From Patescibacteria group bacterium (lineage in GTDB: Bacteria; Patescibacteriota; Patescibacteriia; JACRDY01): a DNA stretch of 64,000 nucleotides. The position numbers were made by a program, and so were the translations under genes. Position 1 is the stretch's first letter; each line of letters starts with the position of its first letter. The stretch is taken from contig JBAZFH010000002.1 in NCBI GenBank assembly GCA_041653535.1, positions 7,209 to 71,208 of the forward strand, written 5' to 3'. The notes below the pieces were generated by a model. It had not been told where the DNA came from. It saw nothing but the letters and a program-made list of their open reading frames with translations, and did no database searches. This document shows, piece after piece, positions 25,516 through 35,107 of the stretch.

Positions 25516-27810
25516 CTATTCATCGTCCTGTTTTTCGAGAATATCATCCTCAAACTTAATATCCAGCTTCTTCTTCAACAGCTTAACTTTATTTTCCAGC
25601 TCGACAATTTCTCTGATTTCTTTAACTAAATCATGTTGAACACTTAGTGGTGGTAGAGGAATTTGCAAATCCTCAAATGTTCCTCTTCTAATCGACGGAT
25701 ATCCTTCATTTAATAAAATATCTTGTGCTTTAATGTTTATTAAACAATTCAAAAGATAATAAGGGTCTACTTTGTCCTCATTTGGTATGATGCAAGCAAA
25801 ATGACTTACAACATAAGCATTGCACCCTAGTATTCCTCGATGGTTTTTTAACGCAGATTTACCACTCTTAGGGAATAAGATTGTCCCCTTAGAAAACAGC
25901 CTTAACCCCTTAATTCCCTGCTCATTCAATAAATCTCTGGTTTCTTTAAGATTGAAAGCGATGTGTTCTTTTGCCAAATCAGAAACTCTAACAAATGGAT
26001 AGGTTCCGTTTTCAAAAGAATCTAGGTCTTGCGGTGCAGAATTTCCAAAAGTTACTGTAGCAATTGATTTTAGACTTACGCTCTTATATCTTCCTGATGG
26101 TATTCCATTTGCCGTATATAACGATTTTAAAAGTTCGTATTTCTTTTTCCTTATTTCTGCAATTTCTAAAACATCAAAATGAATACCGTCTAATAAATTA
26201 TCAAGATCATTTTTTTTAGTTGGTTTTCTGTAATTATCTAGAGTATATCCGTCTGATTTTACGTCAAAAAACCATATCTTCTCTTTCTTTTCAGATTTAT
26301 CTTTTATTTTTACATGAAGAATACTAGCTTTTTGCGGAGTATAAGGCAGAAACACACCAGAAGGTAGCGACACTACTGTTTGTAAATCAAATTTCTCTAC
26401 CAACCACTCCCTATCTTTTTCAAATTTAGAATCAAATAAAAAACCTTCTGGGACTATAATTCCTGCGCGACTATTTATGTTTTCACTGTTAAGTGACTTC
26501 AAACAGTGCTGCAAACAAATACTGTCTCCATTTTTAGTCGGTAGGTCATATAAATTACCCCATTCTGTTTCCTGAGAAAAAGGTATGTTAGTTATAACTA
26601 CATCATATTCGTTTTTAACTGGGTGTTCTAAACTATCCATCTGTTGGATATTGCTATGTCCATCACCAATAAGAATCATGTTCATTTTTGCAATTCGAGC
26701 AATGCTCGTTAATTCTCTCCCATATACAGTATTTTTTCTCAAAATCTCATCTGAGTTTTTATTTTGAGGCATCCTGTTGTGAATATATTTAAATGTTTCG
26801 GTTAGCATACCTCCGGTTCCACAAAAAGGATCATAGACCTTTTCTCCGAGTTGCGGATTAAGTAACTTTACAAGAGTTTTTGCAATATGACGTGGAGTAA
26901 AGTACTGTCCCATGTCATTACTATTGCCAGAGCTGTATGATTTCAAAAAATATTCAAAGGCATCTCCTTTTATATCAGCATTAGTATCTATTAAAGATAA
27001 AGGATCGAGCATGTCGATAATCCTTTTTAATCTTTCTGGGTTTTGAATTCGAAGATCAGTAAAAATGTTCGCATCATTGAACCTTTCTCTGAAGTATTTC
27101 AACACTATAGAATTTATATACTGTTTTAACTCGTTATCATTCTTATTTTTAAAGAAATTCCATCTGAATTCTCTTGGTATAACGTTGGCGACACCGTTTT
27201 GTTCGTTTAAATCCTCTCTCTCAGAAATAATTTTTAGAAATAAAAGATTGGCAAATTCACTAAATCTGTCAACTCCAGCATGTAAGCCTTCTCCTCGTAA
27301 GATATCATTCGCTTGATCAAAAATACCTATGAGCTCTTTGCGTGACTCTATGACTTTTTTGTCTTTAGTAAGTACATCACTAGTGTCTATGTATTGTAAA
27401 GCAATATACTCTTTAATGAGTTCATCCAGTTCCTCTCCATTAAGAGTCAGCGGCTTTTTTGTCTTAATGTGTAATGTTTTTGTAAAAATTCCATCTGTTG
27501 CAAAAACGATAGGCGCTTTGATTTTTTGAGCATAATCCAAGCCCTGTTTTAAGGCCTCGTGTATATTTTTTCGAGTTTTCTTTGCTTCAATAACTATTAT
27601 TGGCTGATCGGAATTTGATTTATACAACACATAGTCAGGTCTCAGTCCGCCCAAAGCTTTTTTCTGCTCAACAGTCTTTGGTTGTTGTTTATATACATTT
27701 CTTTCGTGACTTTTTGGGTCACTAACCCATCCCAAATTTTCCAGGGTACGGTCAATCAAAGTTTCCGTATCTCTTTCAATTGATAAATTATAGATATCGT
27801 CTTTATGCAT
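25516..27810 (-). CDS. single-chain type IIG-like restriction-modification enzyme (HsdR_N/Mrr-like PD-(D/E)xK nuclease + gamma-class N6-adenine MTase + one TRD)
   Basis: N-terminus PDYVLY...PIIVIEAKK (PD..ExK); MTase motif I DPFCGTGGML and motif IV NIPF; C-terminal HsdS-like target-recognition domain. Confidence 0.85.
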   Translation of the reverse strand: MHKDDIYNLSIERDTETLIDRTLENLGWVSDPKSHERNVYKQQPKTVEQKKALGGLRPDYVLYKSNSDQPIIVIEAKKTRKNIHEALKQGLDYAQKIKAPIVFATDGIFTKTLHIKTKKPLTLNGEELDELIKEYIALQYIDTSDVLTKDKKVIESRKELIGIFDQANDILRGEGLHAGVDRFSEFANLLFLKIISEREDLNEQNGVANVIPREFRWNFFKNKNDNELKQYINSIVLKYFRERFNDANIFTDLRIQNPERLKRIIDMLDPLSLIDTNADIKGDAFEYFLKSYSSGNSNDMGQYFTPRHIAKTLVKLLNPQLGEKVYDPFCGTGGMLTETFKYIHNRMPQNKNSDEILRKNTVYGRELTSIARIAKMNMILIGDGHSNIQQMDSLEHPVKNEYDVVITNIPFSQETEWGNLYDLPTKNGDSICLQHCLKSLNSENINSRAGIIVPEGFLFDSKFEKDREWLVEKFDLQTVVSLPSGVFLPYTPQKASILHVKIKDKSEKKEKIWFFDVKSDGYTLDNYRKPTKKNDLDNLLDGIHFDVLEIAEIRKKKYELLKSLYTANGIPSGRYKSVSLKSIATVTFGNSAPQDLDSFENGTYPFVRVSDLAKEHIAFNLKETRDLLNEQGIKGLRLFSKGTILFPKSGKSALKNHRGILGCNAYVVSHFACIIPNEDKVDPYYLLNCLINIKAQDILLNEGYPSIRRGTFEDLQIPLPPLSVQHDLVKEIREIVELENKVKLLKKKLDIKFEDDILEKQDDE

Positions 27811-27949
27811 ATAAGTTAATTATGCAAAAAATAAAAATATTTTACAAATGTGCCGACATTCTAAAAAACGAAAAAATACCCTTTAAAAATCACACTTGTA
27901 AAAAGTTATCCACACTCAAGTTTTTAATCCAAGTTCTAACTTGGACATC

Positions 27950-28040
27950 TGGCGGAGAGGGAGGGATTCGAACCCTCGAGACCCTTACGGGTATACCGCA
28001 TTTCGAGTGCGGCGCCTTCGACCAACTCAGCCACCTCTCC
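27950..28040 (-). tRNA. tRNA-Ser (anticodon CGA), type II with long variable arm
   Basis: Manual fold: acceptor GGAGAGG/CCTCTCC, anticodon loop CTCGAAA, T-arm GAGGGTTCGAATCCCTC, 3' GCCA encoded. Confidence 0.85.
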
Positions 28041-28098
28041 AAACAAGTGAGAAGAAACGAGGTACAAGGAACAAGCAGGAACAAATGCTCGTACCTTA

Positions 28099-29436
28099 CT
28101 ACTTCTTATTATACTCTTTTTTGTCCTCCGTCAAGATAACGCCAATACTAGCTCCATACGCCACCACCGACATTAACCCAAAAAACATCCACCACAGTAC
28201 CGCCAGATCGTTTTTAAAATACGGTACGTCTACAAGACCGTGAACCAAAATCGTTACCATTGCTGCGACCAGTCCGGCAGTAAAAATTTGTATTTGACCT
28301 TGTTTTTTATCCTTATCTTTTCGCGAAAAAACAGTCCTTAATCCTATCCAAAAGTAATGAACGATCGATCCCAAAAAAACTATCAGTCCGGCTAGACCCA
28401 GTTCCGACCAAAAGTTTATGACGAAATTATGCGGATACAAAAATATCTCGATATATTTTGCCTGATGATAAGGCACTATTGCGCTCTGATAACCGGCTAG
28501 TCCCGCGCCGAGCAACCAATGATTCTTAATCATGTTCCAGCTCTCTGCCCAAATCGTTAATCGTACACTCCCCGACCAATCAGAAAAAGTCAGCTTTTGC
28601 ATAATACTAGATGGCAAGCCAAAAAGTAAAAAGTAGAAAATAAGAAACAAAATAGCTCCAACGACATACCAACGAGTTTTTTTGACAAGCAAACCAAAAA
28701 CTACTAAACCGGCAGCCAACCCAACTAATGCTCCGTCGGAATGCGCCCACCAAATCGCCAAAGCTCCACAGACTATAGTTGAAACTAAAAAAACTATTTC
28801 TAACACTTGTTGTGCGCTGCGGGCTGCGTGCCGTTTTATTGAAACCAAATATCCCACCATCATCATCACAATCGGCGCAACAAAAAGCCCAACCGCGTTT
28901 GGGTAGCTGTAAAAACTAGTCACGCGAGGTCCTTCACCTAAATACCAATATTGATATGGCACCAGAAAACCATTGGTAAATTTTTGAATAATCGCAAAAA
29001 CAGAAATTACCAACGCCACCAAACCAAGGGAATGAACGACGTTTCTTAACTGCTCTGAGGTTTTAATCACACTGGAAAAAATTATAAAAAACAATATTGC
29101 TTCAACAAAATACGCCTTCCAAATACCGGCAGCCCGTACTAATTCTGGCGAGACAAGCATTGAGATGGTGGCAATAACCAAAATCAAAACAGACCATTTG
29201 GCAAACTTGCTTTGCGGCCAAAGTTCAAACTTACTCGATATCGCGCGCCAAAACCAAACCAGAAATAAAACTAAAATTTCCAACTCCAAAAGCGTCAATG
29301 GTAAAAACCCTAGCTGCAAACGAACGCCATAGCTAGGTAGTGTCAACAAAACCAAATACACGCCCCAGTCGAGACGACGAATGCAGACGTAGGCGAAAAA
29401 TAATAGATAGATTGTAATCAAAAGGTAGGTTAACAT
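28099..29436 (-). CDS. O-antigen ligase (Wzy_C)-like polytopic membrane protein
   Basis: 445 aa, ~12 TM helices with large periplasmic loop. Confidence 0.55.
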   Translation of the reverse strand: MLTYLLITIYLLFFAYVCIRRLDWGVYLVLLTLPSYGVRLQLGFLPLTLLELEILVLFLVWFWRAISSKFELWPQSKFAKWSVLILVIATISMLVSPELVRAAGIWKAYFVEAILFFIIFSSVIKTSEQLRNVVHSLGLVALVISVFAIIQKFTNGFLVPYQYWYLGEGPRVTSFYSYPNAVGLFVAPIVMMMVGYLVSIKRHAARSAQQVLEIVFLVSTIVCGALAIWWAHSDGALVGLAAGLVVFGLLVKKTRWYVVGAILFLIFYFLLFGLPSSIMQKLTFSDWSGSVRLTIWAESWNMIKNHWLLGAGLAGYQSAIVPYHQAKYIEIFLYPHNFVINFWSELGLAGLIVFLGSIVHYFWIGLRTVFSRKDKDKKQGQIQIFTAGLVAAMVTILVHGLVDVPYFKNDLAVLWWMFFGLMSVVAYGASIGVILTEDKKEYNKK

Positions 29437-29522
29437 AGGTAAAATATTTAGGGGCTAGTATTTAGTGACCAGAAAAAGACAACTACCAAATACCAAATAC
29501 TAAGACCTAAATACTAAAATGA

Positions 29523-30941
29523 TTATTTAACTAAATTTTGCAAAAGCTCTTTATTAATGCCACCGATCAGATAAAATATTGCGGCATAAGTTACCGTACC
29601 TACTATCAAGGAAACTAACAACCCGCCGCCATACCAACCAACCACCAATAACACAGCGCCCATCACCAAACTAGACAGGAGCGCTTTATTAAAAATATTA
29701 AACCCTACTGTTTTACCAGTAGCCCGCGTTACCACAAAGATAGAAATTACTAAAATCATCATCTCGGCTAACACCGTTGTCCATGCCGCCGCAAAGTAAG
29801 AATATTTCGGTATTAGCCAAAGATAGCCAGCTAAAGCAACAACGGCGGTAACAAAAAACCCTTTAAGGATTTGCCGTTGGCGTTCCAGGGCGATAATCGC
29901 ATGATTAAAAATAGTGCTAAAATATATTGCTCCGGTGGCAATAATTAATATTTGCAAAAGCGGTCCGGCGTCAGTAAAGCCTTGACCGGCAACTAAAAAC
30001 ATGATTTTTTTTGCTAGCACAATACCGCCAATCATCATTGGTAGTGTCACCGCGCAAATAAAGTCCCAAGATTTTTGCGTAATCTCCCAAAACCGTTGTC
30101 CGTCTTTAGCCGCCAATGACGCCGACATTAACGGTAAAACTAACCCCATAAAAATATATGGCAATCCGGCTAAAATTTCCAAAACTTTATAGGTCGCACC
30201 ATAAATCCCGACCTCTGCCTGACTGCGTATCAAAGACAAAATCAATGTGTCAGCCTTGAAATAAACCAAATTGAAAATGATTGACAGACCGATCGGCCAT
30301 GATTTATAAAATACTTCTTTCCAAACCGACCAGTCAAAAGCTAACCTGATTCTTGTAATCGAACGAGAAAGTATAAATAAAAGCAAAAAATTCACCAGAT
30401 TGCCAATCGACACCGCCGCCATAATCGCTAACAAGTTCCAACCGAAATAAACGGCTAATACGGCGCCAAAAAATATAATTGACCGACCGACCACATCGGC
30501 GATAGTCGCTTTCCCCATTTTTAATTCACGCTGAAAAAGACCGAGTATCAGTTGATTGAGTGAAGTGAAAAACAGCGCCCAAGTGGTAACTAAAACGCCC
30601 CATTTAATAATCGCTGGATAGGGGAAAAACCAAACTACTAAAGGCGCTAACGCAAAAAAGAACAGTGCCGAAATTAGACGAAAAGTAAAAATATTGGAAG
30701 TTAATTTTTCCGTCTCATCCGGTCGCGACGAGATCATTTGAACGATAATTACCGCCAAGCCGAAATCGACTATGATCCCAAAAAACTGCAAAAAAGCGAT
30801 AATCGTCGAATATTGACCAAAGCCTTCTCGTCCCAAATAACGGGTCATGACACCAATCGTCAACAAACCCAAAATCATCGCGACAGCTTTGCCCGATATC
30901 TGGATAAAGGTATTTTTCAAAACTTTTTTTACTACTGACAT
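29523..30941 (-). CDS. Wzx/MurJ-type oligosaccharide flippase (polysaccharide biosynthesis protein family)
   Basis: 472 aa, 12-14 TM; N-terminal IQISGKAVAMILGLLTIGVMTRYLGREGFGQYS typical of MOP flippases. Confidence 0.75.
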   Translation of the reverse strand: MSVVKKVLKNTFIQISGKAVAMILGLLTIGVMTRYLGREGFGQYSTIIAFLQFFGIIVDFGLAVIIVQMISSRPDETEKLTSNIFTFRLISALFFFALAPLVVWFFPYPAIIKWGVLVTTWALFFTSLNQLILGLFQRELKMGKATIADVVGRSIIFFGAVLAVYFGWNLLAIMAAVSIGNLVNFLLLFILSRSITRIRLAFDWSVWKEVFYKSWPIGLSIIFNLVYFKADTLILSLIRSQAEVGIYGATYKVLEILAGLPYIFMGLVLPLMSASLAAKDGQRFWEITQKSWDFICAVTLPMMIGGIVLAKKIMFLVAGQGFTDAGPLLQILIIATGAIYFSTIFNHAIIALERQRQILKGFFVTAVVALAGYLWLIPKYSYFAAAWTTVLAEMMILVISIFVVTRATGKTVGFNIFNKALLSSLVMGAVLLVVGWYGGGLLVSLIVGTVTYAAIFYLIGGINKELLQNLVK

Positions 30942-31028
30942 TGGTATTATCTTATCATCGTTTGATTTTTTTTTCTACCATCAAAAAAACGGCTAGACAG
31001 CCGCTTATTTTTTAGACTCAAAAAAATA

Positions 31029-31526
31029 TTATCCACTCATCGCGCTATTTCGACGGCGGCACTCTTCTGACAAAACCATTATTTTACGCGCCACAGCGTC
31101 GGCATGAGCAACTTGCTGCAAAATAGTATTAGACACAGCACCAGCGGCTTGAACGCTGATATTTCCATAATGTAACAGCGTCGGGACAAAACCGCTAATA
31201 TCAGCATTAACATCTTGCACCCGATCAAGCTGCAGTTCTATAAGCGATCGGGAAAAAAGACCTTTTTGTTCTATACTGATTATCCTTTCAGTCGTTATTA
31301 CCCATACATCCAGCCAATAATCGAGAAACCCGGCAAAAACAAACAACACTACAAATAACATATAAATACTGCCCGCCAAAAAAATTAATGCGTGCAACAT
31401 CTCGTCATCCCAAATAATGGGGAATTGTGAAGACAAAAACCAACGAATCACCCATGGCACTAACAAAAGAATAAAATAGATAACAAATTCTTTAAAAACT
31501 ATAAAACCATGACGACGGACCACCAT
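31029..31526 (-). CDS. membrane protein with bacterial PH (bPH_2/DUF304-like) domain
   Basis: Start set at internal ATG (MVVRRHGFIVFKEF...) with AAAGGAGAG RBS; two TM helices followed by the soluble domain. Confidence 0.55.
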   Translation of the reverse strand: MVVRRHGFIVFKEFVIYFILLLVPWVIRWFLSSQFPIIWDDEMLHALIFLAGSIYMLFVVLFVFAGFLDYWLDVWVITTERIISIEQKGLFSRSLIELQLDRVQDVNADISGFVPTLLHYGNISVQAAGAVSNTILQQVAHADAVARKIMVLSEECRRRNSAMSG

Positions 31527-31590
31527 CTGGACGCTCTCTCCTTTCTCCGGCATTGGTAAAAATAGTCTAGCTCTCATCATAATATAACAA

Positions 31591-31884
31591 CTAAAAAGTT
31601 TCGTTAATTTCATTAATCGCCTGTTCTTCACTACCGATATTGAACCCGCTGATCCCCGGTGGGTTAAACTCGAAACCTTCTTTCCAGTTGACTTGACGAA
31701 TATAATCAAAAGAAACAAACATGATTATTATTGTCGCGGCGATAAATAAAAAAGTAATAAAAAACGTGGCAAAGTCCCAAAAAGAAAACCGAATAGCATG
31801 ATATATGTTAAAAAAGGCAAAAAATAAAAATACAACCACCAAGCCTATGTAAAGATACAGAAAAATGGAAAGAGGAATTAGCAT
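31591..31884 (-). CDS. small hypothetical membrane protein
   Basis: Hydrophobic ORF; start trimmed to avoid overlap with ruvB. Confidence 0.35.
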   Translation of the reverse strand: MLIPLSIFLYLYIGLVVVFLFFAFFNIYHAIRFSFWDFATFFITFLFIAATIIIMFVSFDYIRQVNWKEGFEFNPPGISGFNIGSEEQAINEINETF

Positions 31885-31903
31885 AAAAATTAATAATTGA
31901 CTT

Positions 31904-32965
31904 TTAAAGCCCCAACTTGCTTTGATAATCGCTAGGAACGTTTTTACCCAGATGTTCATAAGCAGCCGGCGTTACTATCCTACCACGCGGGGTACGGGAC
32001 AACAATCCTAGTTGCATCAGAAACGGCTCATAAACATCTTCTATTGTTTCAATCTCTTCTGCAATCGCGGCAGCAAGAGTGTTCAGCCCCACTGGTCCGC
32101 CGGAAAATTTGTCTATTATTACTTCTAAAAGCCTCCGGTCGACCGCGTCCAGACCAATATGATCAACTTCCAACATCTGTAGAGCGGATAAAGCCGTATC
32201 TTTTTTTATCTTACCATCTTCCTTTACTTCCGCATAATCGCGGACTCTCTTTAATAACCGATTAGCTACACGCGGGGTTTGACGAGCGCGACCGGATATT
32301 TCGACGGCGGCATCGCTATCCATCTCGATTCCCAATATTTTTGCCGAACGACCGATGATTTGCTGAATGTCTTTATTGTGATAAAAATTCAAATGATAAA
32401 TATTGCCAAAACGATCGCGCAACGGAGACGACAAAGAGCCGATCCTGGTAGTCGCCCCGATTAAAGTAAATTTAGGCAACTGCAAGCGCAGTGTCCGCGC
32501 CGAAGGACCTTTGCCGATTATAATATCCAACGCGTAATCTTCCATCGCCGGGTAAAGAACTTCTTCCACCATTTTATTAAGTCGATGAATCTCATCTATA
32601 AACAGAACATCTCCTTCGGCTAAATTAGTCAATATCGCTGCCAAATCTCCAGCGCGTTCGATCGCCGGTCCGGAAGTAACACGAATATTGACATTCATTT
32701 CTTTGGCTATAATATGAGCAAGCGTCGTCTTGCCAAGTCCCGGAGGACCATAAAGTAAGACATGTTCGATCGGTTCTCCACGACCCTTTGCCGCCGACAT
32801 GAAAATCTCTAGATTCTCTTTTACCTTTTCCTGGCCAATATAATCTTGCAATTTTTGCGGGCGTAAAGTAACGTCAAAATTGGTTTCTTCTTTTTTTTCT
32901 TCTGGGTCGATAACCCTTTCTTTTTTTGGCTTTTTTTGAGTCATAATATATATAAACCGACCCAC
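31904..32965 (-). CDS. ruvB: Holliday junction branch migration ATPase RuvB
   Basis: Walker [19 protein letters not shown], Walker B/sensor DEIHRL, RuvB-specific C-terminal winged helix. Confidence 0.95.
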   Translation of the reverse strand: MGRFIYIMTQKKPKKERVIDPEEKKEETNFDVTLRPQKLQDYIGQEKVKENLEIFMSAAKGRGEPIEHVLLYGPPGLGKTTLAHIIAKEMNVNIRVTSGPAIERAGDLAAILTNLAEGDVLFIDEIHRLNKMVEEVLYPAMEDYALDIIIGKGPSARTLRLQLPKFTLIGATTRIGSLSSPLRDRFGNIYHLNFYHNKDIQQIIGRSAKILGIEMDSDAAVEISGRARQTPRVANRLLKRVRDYAEVKEDGKIKKDTALSALQMLEVDHIGLDAVDRRLLEVIIDKFSGGPVGLNTLAAAIAEEIETIEDVYEPFLMQLGLLSRTPRGRIVTPAAYEHLGKNVPSDYQSKLGL

Positions 32966-33002
32966 TTAACTATTTTTTATAAAACGCTAAAATACCAATA
33001 TT

Positions 33003-33290
33003 GGCACACTAGTTACTTGAGGAAAGAAAAAGTCGACTCCCGCTGAAAGTCAAAAACTTTCATTAAGGTCTTATGACTGAAAAGGGATCGGCCAAAACCA
33101 GTTCGGCGTACAAGCTGGCGTGCGTTGCCAAAACTGGGGTTGTAGGGATGGTCAATGACTCAACGCCAAGAGTCAAGAAAGTTACAAAACCTTATCAGGT
33201 CTTTCTGCACCACCACCCTGAAGACGGGTGCCTACCAAAGCTTTAACAGCATTATTACGACCCCCAAGGCTAAGCAAGAACTAGTGTAAG
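33003..33290 (+). ncRNA. candidate structured ncRNA, possibly RNase P RNA (rnpB)
   Basis: TAAAAT -10-like element ~32985. 13-nt 5' segment CACTAGTTACTTG (33007-33019) pairs with CAAGAACTAGTG (33275-33286) as a P1-like helix. GAGGAAAG follows P1 immediately. 3' side has ACAG...ACCCCCAAGGCTAAG resembling the P4 3' strand ACAGAA-CCCGGCTTA. Strong terminator follows. No CDS on this strand. Confidence 0.35.
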
Positions 33291-33305
33291 CCAACCATTC
33301 ATCTA

Positions 33306-33336
33306 AAGAGTTTCGCATTTTGCGAAACTCTTTTTC
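33306..33336 (+). terminator. intrinsic terminator (AGAGTTTCGCA-TTTT-GCGAAACTCT plus TTTTT)
   Basis: Perfect 11-bp stem with T-run. Confidence 0.75.
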
Positions 33337-33422
33337 TTTCTAATGACCTGCCTTAATTTTAGCCTTTTAACCGCTATAAATCAAGCAGTGATTTTATTGT
33401 TTGTTGTTCTACTTTTTACTAT

Positions 33423-33460
33423 AAAAAAAGGGAGGTCGCCGTTTGGTCGAGTCTCCCTTT
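33423..33460 (-). terminator. intrinsic terminator for the radical-SAM operon
   Basis: GGGAG...CTCCC hairpin followed on minus strand by TTTTTTT. Confidence 0.5.
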
Positions 33461-33471
33461 GTATGAATATT

Positions 33472-33954
33472 TTATTTTTTCTTCTTATTTTTTTTATCCG
33501 GCAACGAATACCGGAGCATTCCCTGACCGCCGCCCGGACCGAACGGACGACCGCTGGGAAGTCCTTGTTCGAATACCGACGACAACGAATCGGGATCGAC
33601 CTTTTTCACGAGATCAATTAGTAGATCGTCGATATCCTTATAATTCACTCGTTTAGTCTCGCCGTCATAATCGGCAAAGACACGATTGAAAGCAAAAATC
33701 ATTTTCAAATTATCGTCCAAGAAAACACCGTAGATGTTGTCGGTCTGGTTGCGACCGAAAATTTTGAGCGCCAACTTGCGTTGGAACTCCGTAATTTGCT
33801 GACCAAAGGTTACTTCGAAGTCCTCCAGTCTGCTGGTTTTTGCCTGCATCATAATAAGATATAGAAACCTTTCCTCCTCCTCACCGGGCAAAACCACATA
33901 AACTTTGTGGTTTTGTAAATCCTTAGTAATCAACCTGATAGCATTGTTGGTCAT
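33472..33954 (-). CDS. hypothetical protein with Gly-rich C-terminal tail, encoded directly downstream of radical SAM gene
   Basis: Start at ATG 33954 preceded by AAGGAGG RBS; ends ...GLPSGRPFGPGGGQGMLRYSLPDKKNKKKK. Confidence 0.55.
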   Translation of the reverse strand: MTNNAIRLITKDLQNHKVYVVLPGEEEERFLYLIMMQAKTSRLEDFEVTFGQQITEFQRKLALKIFGRNQTDNIYGVFLDDNLKMIFAFNRVFADYDGETKRVNYKDIDDLLIDLVKKVDPDSLSSVFEQGLPSGRPFGPGGGQGMLRYSLPDKKNKKKK

Positions 33955-33983
33955 TTCCTTGTCCTCCTTCTGGTTTAAGATTA

Positions 33984-35000
33984 TCAACTCTGAAAACTTC
34001 TGACAAAGCAAAACGGCGAGCTGTGCAAGTAGCCGTAATAAGCAAACGACTGGCTATTGCAGCCACCGCGGCATTGGTTCAAATAATTACAACCGGCGCA
34101 ATTGCCTTTTACGCTGCCAGGGTCAAACTGCCGATTGAAATCGAATATTGAAGAGCTTTTCCAAATCTCGCTCAAAGGTTTAGACTGGACGTTTTCACCG
34201 CGAATACCTCCTTGCAGCGAGAGACACGGCATAACGTTTCCGCTCGCATCAATACCGAGAGAAGAAATGCCAGCCGAGCATCCATTCCAGCAACCGGAAC
34301 GAATTATATCAGGAGACGCTGCGCCGAAACAATCAGCAGCCTGGATACTTATTTGGCTAAACTGTTTTCGCAGCACGGCGACTTGCCGGCAAACTTCTCG
34401 AAATTCCTGCTCGCCCAAAAGCAGCTCACGACGTGTTTTCATCCTGCCAAAAGGCATGGCGAGCTGTATTTGCCAAGAATCTACTTCGGCGAGATCAAAA
34501 AAAGCGCCTAACCGCGTCAGCTCTTGATAGTTTAACTTGTGCAAAGTCGTAACCGCACAAATCGGTACAGCCAATCGCTGTAAGACAAAAATGTTTTTCA
34601 TCAGCCCTTGCCAGCTATTTTCGTTTCTCCTTATTTTATTATGAACATTTTTCAAACCATCAATACTCAGACCAACCGCGAACGGCTGACTCTGCGTTAT
34701 CGCTTCCTGCAGTAAGTCGGAAAATGGCTGCAAACCGTTGCTGATAAAACCGACCTTCAAACCCAACCCAGCGGCTGTAAGTAAAAGGCTTTCAAAGCCT
34801 TTTTTGAGAGTCGGCTCACCACCGGAAAAAACCACCTTTTCCACTTTCATATCAGCAAGCTGTGTTAACACCTCCTGCCATTGGCAAATCGTCAGTTCCA
34901 GCTTTTCAACCAAAGCCCTGCAATCCGAACCGCAATGCATGCAGTCGAGGTTACACCGCCGAGTGGTTTCTATCACCACTTCTCTTAATAAGTATTCCAT
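33984..35000 (-). CDS. radical SAM / SPASM-domain enzyme
   Basis: CNLDCMHC (CX3CX2C) cluster near N-terminus; C-terminal auxiliary-cluster Cys run CWNGCSAG...C...CAGCNYLNQCRGGC. Confidence 0.85.
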   Translation of the reverse strand: MEYLLREVVIETTRRCNLDCMHCGSDCRALVEKLELTICQWQEVLTQLADMKVEKVVFSGGEPTLKKGFESLLLTAAGLGLKVGFISNGLQPFSDLLQEAITQSQPFAVGLSIDGLKNVHNKIRRNENSWQGLMKNIFVLQRLAVPICAVTTLHKLNYQELTRLGAFFDLAEVDSWQIQLAMPFGRMKTRRELLLGEQEFREVCRQVAVLRKQFSQISIQAADCFGAASPDIIRSGCWNGCSAGISSLGIDASGNVMPCLSLQGGIRGENVQSKPLSEIWKSSSIFDFNRQFDPGSVKGNCAGCNYLNQCRGGCNSQSFAYYGYLHSSPFCFVRSFQS

Positions 35001-35107
35001 CAGCCTCTCCTTATATAGAAAAAATATTATTAATATTTTAAAGTGCTACTTTAAAGGTTAAAACAGCTCGACCGCTCTGTCAACTAAACTTTTAAAAGCA
35101 ACGGAAG

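Noticed and set aside
27904-27915. Isolated perfect DnaA box TTATCCACA between the RM gene and tRNA-Ser
   Set aside because: It is a single box with no cluster or AT-rich unwinding element. The real origin signals are at dnaA.
27780-28243. Three ORFs (27780..28139, 27890..28084, 27941..28243) overlapping tRNA-Ser
   Set aside because: They are read through a tRNA gene and have no coding signal.
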